Shown here piece after piece: positions 57,051-64,000 of a stretch of 64,000 bases of DNA. The stretch spans positions 529,192 through 593,191 of the forward strand of contig OZ244851.1 in NCBI GenBank assembly GCA_965220925.1, given 5' to 3'. Origin of the DNA: Thermodesulfobacteriota bacterium. Its GTDB lineage: Bacteria > Desulfobacterota_D > UBA1144 > Nemesobacterales > Nemesobacteraceae. The stretch's first letter is position 1. The number at the start of each line of letters is the position of its first letter. A program made the translations under genes and the position numbers. A model generated the notes under the pieces. That model was not told the DNA's origin. It was given only the letters and a program-made list of their open reading frames with translations, and searched no databases.

Positions 57051-57494
57051 AAAGACAATATTCCAAAGTCTCCCGGTTTTTATAATGATAAGGAGTTAGG
57101 AGAAGGACCACAATCCACAGAATCAGTAAAAAGACTTCTTGGATTATAGTTGAAAACATATTTTGAAAGTTTAGTATTCCGAAAACAACATGCCTGACCT
57201 TCGGTCACGGGACACGACCCTCGTTTTTTCTCAAATATCAACCGTGTTATAGTATTACTTACGATAAGGAGGTTTTTATAATATCCTCGGAATGTTTGGG
57301 GAAGTCTGAAGAAGAAAAAGAATTTTGACCGGGTTAACGAAAAATGGTCTTCGGTTTTTTCATCTCTTCAAGACGCGTACTCTTTTCCCCGAGATGATTA
57401 AACCGCGGTTTCCCGTTTTTGAAAAGTTGAATTCGACTCTATCTCTTTCTACTTAACTCACTTTGGATTAAACAGTCTTGCGGAGAATATTATT

Positions 57495-58067
57495 ATGCAG
57501 AAACGCGAAATTACGGAACTGGGGAATCCGATACTCAGACGAAGAGCCACGGAAGTTGAAAACATAAGCGACGAGGAATTTCAACAACTGATTGACGACA
57601 TGATCCTCACCGCAATCGAGGCAAGCGGAGTCGGAATCGCGGCCCCGCAAGTGTCCGAGGCGCTCAGGCTCTTTATAATGATCGGAACTCCAAGTTCGCG
57701 TTACCCGGATGCCGAACAACCGGAAACAAAAGTGATAATCAATCCGAAAATAGTTTCGGTATCGGACGAAATGGAAAAAGACTGGGAAGGATGTCTCAGC
57801 ATCCCCGGAATACGCGGATTGGTACCAAGGCATAAATGCATCGAGGTAACCTACAAAAATAGAAATGGTCGTCTTGTGAAAGCCAGCTTCTCCGATTTTG
57901 AGGCGAGAGTGTTTCAGCATGAATACGATCACTTGGAAGGAACGGTCTTTCTTGACAGAATGGAAAGTCCGAAGGAAATAATTACCGAAAAAGAGTACTT
58001 TAGACTTATATCCAATGAAAAATCGCAAGAGTCAGACTTAGACGAATCGGCAGAGAGGACAGACTAA
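57495..58067 (+). CDS. def: Peptide deformylase
   Basis: GVGIAAPQV, EGCLSIP and HEYDHLEG. Confidence 0.97.
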   Translation: MQKREITELGNPILRRRATEVENISDEEFQQLIDDMILTAIEASGVGIAAPQVSEALRLFIMIGTPSSRYPDAEQPETKVIINPKIVSVSDEMEKDWEGCLSIPGIRGLVPRHKCIEVTYKNRNGRLVKASFSDFEARVFQHEYDHLEGTVFLDRMESPKEIITEKEYFRLISNEKSQESDLDESAERTD

Positions 58068-58082
58068 AGAAAGGAGAGAACA

Positions 58083-59393
58083 ATGAGCGAATACCCAGAA
58101 GGTTTAGACCATGCTATAAATCACGGTTTTTATGACGCCGTCTTTCAGAGAAGATCTCGCCGTTTCGGCCTGGGAATGGAGATTGAGAAAGGTCCTCTCA
58201 AGTACAAATCCAAACACGACCCCATACCCCTATCGGAACTTGAAGAAGCCATACTGGTTTGGACCGGACTGGGGATAAAAAATATAAATCTCTCGGATTT
58301 TCCGCCGCACGTGGGACTTGACCTTGAAATGCAGTTTACAAGCAAGACGATTCCGGCCCTTGGAGACGTACACAGAACCGAGCTTTTTTACACAAACGAC
58401 GAAGGTCTTTATATGATAAAAATGCATGACAAGCGAGCGGAAGATTTCGAAGGTCTTGAGAAAATGACCCGCCATCAGCGAATGGACCGAATACTTGAGC
58501 TTTTCAGGGAATCGAAAGTCAAGCTTTCGGAAGGAAGGGCGGACTTGCCTTCCAAACCTCCGGGAATCGCCGCTCACAACCTGTGGAACGTAAACAAACC
58601 CGGAACAACGGTGTTTATGCCGGTAACCGATCTTTCGGCGTGCATAATCAATCTTTACTTCTTCTACATGAGACCCGATCACAGGTTTAACTTCGTCGAC
58701 GAACTTCACAAACTGAGATATCCCGGAACCGCGAAATGGGTTGAGGAAGGCTTTATCGACAAATCCAAAAGAATGCCGCTTGTGGAAGCCGAACTGCGCT
58801 TTGCGAACGGATATATCGCGGAACAGGCGTTTATGGGACAGAACATGGTCCTCGCTCTTCAGACCCTCGGTCTCGGCGGCTGGCTGTTTAGCGGATTCGC
58901 AAGCATGTTCATGCTTGGAGGAACGCCTTTTAACAGAGGTCTAGGGTTTCGATTCACCACTCCGAAAATACAGGGCGAAACTGGCAACCCCAACCCCGTG
59001 GCGGTGGGAAGAGATAACTTGTTTCAAGCCTTCTGTCCTCCTTACTATGAAAACATGGGAGAAGCGGTGGAGGCGTTTAACGATATGAAATGGACAAACT
59101 GGGAATCGCATAAACTTCCCTACAAAGACCCCACGGGAGTTCTGGCCGAGGTTGAGAGACCCAGCAAGGATGAGATTCAAGCGGTAAAGGATATATGCAA
59201 CTACGTTTACGATACTTACGGAAGATTTCCGGCTTTTTCCGATCCCATGTTTCTTAGGTTTATGGTCCAAGCCCATCATCTGGATCTGGATTTCTACGAC
59301 AAGTACTATCCGCCCGGGGCGTACACGCAGGCGCATAAAAACCATTTCGCGCATTGGCACCCGGAAATGCCCGATCCGTTCGCGGATAAATAA
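58083..59393 (+). CDS. Uncharacterised nitroreductase-fold protein (paralogue B)
   Basis: FQRRSRRFGLGME, TELFYTNDEGLY, QNMVLALQTLGLGGW and YDTYGRFPAF; colinear with 8589-9923. Confidence 0.65.
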   Translation: MSEYPEGLDHAINHGFYDAVFQRRSRRFGLGMEIEKGPLKYKSKHDPIPLSELEEAILVWTGLGIKNINLSDFPPHVGLDLEMQFTSKTIPALGDVHRTELFYTNDEGLYMIKMHDKRAEDFEGLEKMTRHQRMDRILELFRESKVKLSEGRADLPSKPPGIAAHNLWNVNKPGTTVFMPVTDLSACIINLYFFYMRPDHRFNFVDELHKLRYPGTAKWVEEGFIDKSKRMPLVEAELRFANGYIAEQAFMGQNMVLALQTLGLGGWLFSGFASMFMLGGTPFNRGLGFRFTTPKIQGETGNPNPVAVGRDNLFQAFCPPYYENMGEAVEAFNDMKWTNWESHKLPYKDPTGVLAEVERPSKDEIQAVKDICNYVYDTYGRFPAFSDPMFLRFMVQAHHLDLDFYDKYYPPGAYTQAHKNHFAHWHPEMPDPFADK

Positions 59394-59434
59394 AAGGCAA
59401 GGCCCGAAAGATCTCCACTAAGCAAAGGGCGACT

Positions 59435-59662
59435 TCAATCTTTCGACTTCGCACGGAAAATCCGTCGAAACGGTTGTTTTGCGAGAAATAAAATAACTTT
59501 AAAGTTAAGCAGCACTTTGGCGAATTCCAGAAGGTCGGCGGGCTTCATGTGGATTTTCGAATCCCAGACCCCCATTTGTCCGCTTATTACTATACAGTCG
59601 TTTTCCACGGACGATTCGACCACAGTTATCTCAAAATCCCCGGCAGGGCTGGTTACTTTCAT
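59435..59662 (-). CDS. Small hypothetical protein
   Basis: 75 aa, SD GGAG; plausible composition (GQMGVWDSKI). Confidence 0.6.
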   Translation of the reverse strand: MKVTSPAGDFEITVVESSVENDCIVISGQMGVWDSKIHMKPADLLEFAKVLLNFKVILFLAKQPFRRIFRAKSKD

Positions 59663-59722
59663 AAAAGTTCTCCCGAAACCAACTAAAAGCTCAAAACTTC
59701 ATTATACCGAAAAATCCGACAG

Positions 59723-60580
59723 TTACTCAGAGCCCAAAAGAGCGCTTCGCATGACTTCAACCGGCGCGTCCATTCCCGTCCATATCTCGAAAGCGTCGAT
59801 TCCTTGGTAAAGAAGCATACCGATTCCGGACTCGGCCCTAAGACCAATAGCTCTTGAATCTTTTACAAGCGGAGTAACGGCCGGTTTATAGACAAGATCA
59901 TAAACCACGCAGCTTTTGCTCAGAAGATCGAGCGGAAGACAAAGCGGGTCGATATCACCCATCCCCGCGGATGAACAATTAATCACAATGTCTGCTTCCG
60001 TTAACGAACTTTCCATTCGGCCAGGCTCGGCAAGCGGCGCCGAAGAAATCGCGACATCTTTAAAATACGGCGAGAACTCTTCTGAAAGTTTCTTCGCCTT
60101 CGAGTAAGTTCTGTTCGCAACCGTAACGTTAGCCGCGCCGCGAGTGCACATCGCCACCATAACGGCCCTCGCCGCTCCCCCGGCACCCGCGATAAAAACA
60201 TTTTTTTTTCGCGGATTGAATCCAAGCTCCGATTCAAGGGCTCTCAGCACTCCGGAAACATCCGTATTGTGACCTTTAAGTCTGCCCCCGTCGTTCTCTA
60301 TAGTGTTTACCGCTCCCACCATGGAGGCCTCGTCGGTAATTTCATCCAGATATTTCATAACGGACTGCTTATGCGGAATTGTCACGTTAACGCCGCGGAG
60401 ACCGAGAATTCTTATGGAATTTACCGCGACGCTTATATCTTTGGGATCAACTTCAAAAGCCACATAAACACAATCAAGCCCGAGATGCTCAAACGCCCTG
60501 TTGTGCATTGTCGGAGAAAGACTCTGGGACACCGGATGGCCAAAAATACCGTATATTCGCGTTGCGGCTTTTACTTCCAA
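59723..60580 (-). CDS. aroE: Shikimate dehydrogenase
   Basis: SLSPTMHN, NVTIPHK, GAVNT, NTD, GAGGAARA, NRT and MLLYQG. Confidence 0.95.
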   Translation of the reverse strand: MEVKAATRIYGIFGHPVSQSLSPTMHNRAFEHLGLDCVYVAFEVDPKDISVAVNSIRILGLRGVNVTIPHKQSVMKYLDEITDEASMVGAVNTIENDGGRLKGHNTDVSGVLRALESELGFNPRKKNVFIAGAGGAARAVMVAMCTRGAANVTVANRTYSKAKKLSEEFSPYFKDVAISSAPLAEPGRMESSLTEADIVINCSSAGMGDIDPLCLPLDLLSKSCVVYDLVYKPAVTPLVKDSRAIGLRAESGIGMLLYQGIDAFEIWTGMDAPVEVMRSALLGSE

Positions 60581-60581
60581 A

Positions 60582-61511
60582 TCATTTATCCTTCGGAAGA
60601 TCGCGGAAAATCTTCTTTACGTCGGCAATATCCCGTTTTATCTGTTCCACAAGTTTGTTCACGCTTGAAAAACGTTTCTCCTCTCTAAGTCTTCGGACAA
60701 AATTGATTCTTATTTTTTTCCCGTAAAGATCGTCGTCGAAATCAAAAATGTGGGTCTCCACGGTAAGTTTATCCTCCGAAAATGTAGGTCGGACTCCTAT
60801 GTTAGTAATACTTTCGCGGCGACCGTCTGGAAAATCCACATAGGTTGCATACACTCCGGATTTTGGAAGAATCTCCCAGTCGGTTTCAAGATTTATTGTT
60901 GGGAAACCGAGTTTCCTTCCTCTTTTTTCACCTTCCACCACCTGACCTTCCATATAGTAATCGTAACCGAAAAGACGGTTTGATCGTCGAATCTCCCCTT
61001 GAACCAGAAGGTTTCTTATAAGACTGCTGCTTACGATCTGATCTCCTACTTGGGCGGGGGAGGAGATAATCGTATTGAAGCCGTGGATTTCTCCCATACT
61101 TTTCAGAACATCCGCATTCCCCGTTCTTTTGTGCCCGAAAGAAAACCCCGGACCGATCACTATGTCCTTTACCCTTAACCGATTAAGAAGAATGTCCGTC
61201 ACGAAATTCTCGGGGCTTAATTTCGATAGCCGCATAGAGAAATTAAAGCAGACTACCGCATCCACTCCCAGTTCCTCAAGCAGTCTGAATCTCTGGGCGA
61301 GCGGAAAAATAAGAGCGAAATCTTTTTTGTCGAGAACCTTCTGCGGATGAGGATCAAAAGTGATTACGCAAGAACGCGTAGAATTTCTCTCGGAACAGCG
61401 CTTGACCGTATCTATTATTTTTCTGTGCCCCAAATGAATGCCGTCGAAGTTTCCGATACCCGCTGATATTTGAAAATCCAAAGGCTGTTTAGGATCAATT
61501 ATAATTTTCAT
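60582..61511 (-). CDS. ribF: Bifunctional riboflavin kinase / FAD synthetase
   Basis: GNFDGIHLGH, VSSSLIR, GRKLGFPTIN, NIGVRPTF and ETH. Confidence 0.96.
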   Translation of the reverse strand: MKIIIDPKQPLDFQISAGIGNFDGIHLGHRKIIDTVKRCSERNSTRSCVITFDPHPQKVLDKKDFALIFPLAQRFRLLEELGVDAVVCFNFSMRLSKLSPENFVTDILLNRLRVKDIVIGPGFSFGHKRTGNADVLKSMGEIHGFNTIISSPAQVGDQIVSSSLIRNLLVQGEIRRSNRLFGYDYYMEGQVVEGEKRGRKLGFPTINLETDWEILPKSGVYATYVDFPDGRRESITNIGVRPTFSEDKLTVETHIFDFDDDLYGKKIRINFVRRLREEKRFSSVNKLVEQIKRDIADVKKIFRDLPKDK

Positions 61512-61704
61512 ATTTCCCTATAAACCCTTTGCCGTGAGAAACATATACGCTCGTCGAAAGCCGTGAAAAAAGCTAAAATATTACCATAAAATATTTTGCG
61601 TTCATCTCCCTTCACAGCAACAGTTCTTTTCAAATAAAAGTCTAGATACAAAAACAAATCTCGAGAATTCAAGACACAGGTTAAACGCATAACGTAAGAT
61701 TTTC

Positions 61705-63162
61705 TTATCTTCTCCAAAAAGACGGCATAAAAAGTACCAGGACGGTGTAGAGTTCAAGCCTTCCGATTATCATTGCTATTGCGAGTATGATCTTCGTAGG
61801 TGAACTAAGGTGGGAGTAGTGACTAGTCGGACCAACCTGGTCAAAACCGGGCCCCACGTTCGTTATAGCGGCGGCGGCGGCGGAAATGGCGGACTCCAAA
61901 GACAGATCTTCAAGCATAAGAACCAAAAGAGCGATGAACGCGCAAAGAAAAATATACAGGATAAAAAAACTGGTTATGCTTGAGATCGCTTTTTCGCTTA
62001 CAACCTTTCCTTCTATGCTTATGGGCGACACTACGTTTGGGTATACGAGTCTTTTTATTTCTCTGTAGGACTTTTTGAAAAGCACCATTATTCTCACGGC
62101 TTTCACGGACCCGGAAGTTGACCCGGCGCACGCTCCGAAAAACATAAGCATAAAGATCACCCACTTCACAAAAGCCGGCCAAGCGTCAAAATCGGTAGTG
62201 GTAAAGCCGGTTGTGGTAATAATGGAAACAACTTGAAAAGACGCGTAGCGCAATGACTCGGAAAAGGAGGCGTAAACTCCGGTCTTTGTAAGCTCTACGG
62301 AGATAAACATTATCGCCGCCAAGGTAAACAGAAGATAAAACCGAAATTCCGAGTTTCCAATAAGCCTTCGGGGCTTCCCGGTAAAAAGATAGAAATGCAG
62401 CACGAAACTCGTTCCCCCGAGAAACATAAAAAGCGTTATCAATCCTTGTATATAAGTACTGTCGTAAGCCCCTATGCTTGAGCTTCTACAGGAAAAACCG
62501 CCGGTCGAAAGCGTACTGAACGAATGGGTAACCGCATCGAAAAGACTCATTCCGCCGAAAAGCAAAAGTACCGCAAGCATCGCGGTAAGCGCGATATACA
62601 CAACCCAGAGTGTCTTTGCCGTCTCGGCAATTTTCGGAGCGAATTTTTCCGTGGTCGGTCCCGGAGTTTCAATTCCGAAAAGCTGAGCGCTGCCCACAAA
62701 AAGTCGCGGCAAAATAGCTACCCCGAGAACTATTATCCCCATTCCGCCAAGCCACTGGGTGAAATTTCTCCAGAAAAGAATTCCCTTGGGAAAATCTTCT
62801 ATGGAGGCTAAAACGGTGGCTCCAGTAGTGGTAAATCCGGCGGTTGATTCGAAAAGCGCGTCGACGGGACTCCCGAAACCTCCGTAAATAAAATACGGAA
62901 TGGCACCGAAAACGCTGGCGAGAATCCAGCAAAGCGCGGCTATCAAGAAGCCTTCTCTTCTATGTATTTCCGTCGGACTTTCGGAAATGCGGAAAATAAC
63001 CACGGTTAGCAGGCCCGTAAGGGAAGTAATCGCCGCCGAAAGTAAAAAGGCGGAAACATCATCTCCTCCGTAAAACATAGCGCAGACGGCCGGGACAAGC
63101 ATTAAAAGTCCCAAGTAAGTAACGAACTTTCCAGTAATATGAAAACAGAACTTAAAGTTCAC
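61705..63162 (-). CDS. trkH: Trk K+ uptake permease
   Basis: FTTTGAT, QWLGGMG, STGGFS, TTTGF, GSTSG and IIGRLE. Confidence 0.94.
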   Translation of the reverse strand: MNFKFCFHITGKFVTYLGLLMLVPAVCAMFYGGDDVSAFLLSAAITSLTGLLTVVIFRISESPTEIHRREGFLIAALCWILASVFGAIPYFIYGGFGSPVDALFESTAGFTTTGATVLASIEDFPKGILFWRNFTQWLGGMGIIVLGVAILPRLFVGSAQLFGIETPGPTTEKFAPKIAETAKTLWVVYIALTAMLAVLLLFGGMSLFDAVTHSFSTLSTGGFSCRSSSIGAYDSTYIQGLITLFMFLGGTSFVLHFYLFTGKPRRLIGNSEFRFYLLFTLAAIMFISVELTKTGVYASFSESLRYASFQVVSIITTTGFTTTDFDAWPAFVKWVIFMLMFFGACAGSTSGSVKAVRIMVLFKKSYREIKRLVYPNVVSPISIEGKVVSEKAISSITSFFILYIFLCAFIALLVLMLEDLSLESAISAAAAAITNVGPGFDQVGPTSHYSHLSSPTKIILAIAMIIGRLELYTVLVLFMPSFWRR

Positions 63163-64000
63163 GAAACCAGTATCTCTTCAACCTTTTTTACGGCCCCGGG
63201 AAGGGAAAACACCACGAGACGGTCCCCGACTTGCGAAACGAAATCTCCCCCCGGAAAAATCGGTTTTTCATCTCTTATGCAAACTCCTATCACCGAACCC
63301 TGCGGTATCTTGCAATCGGCAAGCGCGGTCCCGAGAATTTTAGTGTTTTCGCTTACGTCAAACTCAAGAACTTCGCCCTCTCCCTCGTAAAGAAAAGACA
63401 CATTGGCCTCTCCGCCAAGGTGCAGGGAATTCAAAATACCGTTTGCGACGGACATATTGGCGCTTATGGCTCTGTCGATACCGATGGCCTCAAGCACTTC
63501 CACGTAATCCGGATTAGAATAAAGCACCGTACAGCGTTCAATTCCCAGGTTTTTCGCGAGAAGCGCGCTCAGTACGTTGTTTTCGTCGTCGTTTGTGAGA
63601 GCGAGCAGGTAGTCGCTTTTTTCAACCCCCGCTTCTTTGAGTATCTCAAGATCCGTTCCGTCCCCCTCAAACACCATAACGCCCACAAGCTGCTCGGCGG
63701 CGATTTTGGCTTTTTTATGGTCGTTTTCAATAACTCTCACGGAAAGTCCTTTAGAGTGAAGCGCGGAGGCCACCTCGCATCCTATTCTTCCCCCGCCGAC
63801 TATAATTACGGAATTTATCTTCTGTATCTTCAGGTTAAGCAGCTTTTTAAGCTTCTCAAGAGCCGACGGGACTCCCAAGGCGAAGACGAAATCGCCCGCG
63901 CGAAGTTCGGTATCGCCGTGTGGAATAGTTATCTTATGGTCTCTTTGCAATCCCACGAATGTCCAATTTCTCGGACTACTGACGAAATTCTTAAGCTTCT
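63159..64000 (-). CDS. trkA: Trk K+ uptake RCK subunit, 3' part (start lies beyond the window)
   Basis: Second RCK domain (IIVGGGRIG, GDGTD, DDENN); frame open to the window end; GTGA-coupled to trkH. Confidence 0.92.
   Translation of the reverse strand, partial: KLKNFVSSPRNWTFVGLQRDHKITIPHGDTELRAGDFVFALGVPSALEKLKKLLNLKIQKINSVIIVGGGRIGCEVASALHSKGLSVRVIENDHKKAKIAAEQLVGVMVFEGDGTDLEILKEAGVEKSDYLLALTNDDENNVLSALLAKNLGIERCTVLYSNPDYVEVLEAIGIDRAISANMSVANGILNSLHLGGEANVSFLYEGEGEVLEFDVSENTKILGTALADCKIPQGSVIGVCIRDEKPIFPGGDFVSQVGDRLVVFSLPGAVKKVEEILVS

Overview
A 64-kb bacterial chromosomal window of moderate GC that is mostly housekeeping. It carries prfA, zapB-zapA-ygfA-rny, tmk, rluB, acs, holB, metG, ilvD, coaBC, bioBAF, prs-rplY-pth-hppA, rpsF-rpsR-rplI, def, aroE, ribF and trkAH. 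Gene order and protein style suggest a Desulfobacterota-like lineage, possibly Ca. Dadabacteria (inference only). Accessory content: (i) two convergent paralogous lipoproteins with a lipobox, a collagen-like tract and RTX repeats, sharing a perfectly identical 82-bp inverted 5' block about 28 kb apart; (ii) two diverged paralogues of an uncharacterised ~440-aa nitroreductase-fold family, one inside a rhodanese-SufE-SufU / flavoprotein-polyferredoxin cluster with no cysteine desulfurase; (iii) an orphan HsdR_N-type nuclease with a SeqA-like C-terminus; (iv) cofG/cofH FO synthase; (v) an archaeal-like Cys-type Thi4; (vi) a dead HipA fragment beside an intact HTH gene. There are also signs of non-canonical start codons (bioB ATA, ygfA GTT), several apparently leaderless genes, and no 6S RNA at its usual zapA-ygfA site. 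No rRNA, tRNA, CRISPR array, transposase or integrase was seen. All family calls are from motif recognition by eye; no database searches were run.
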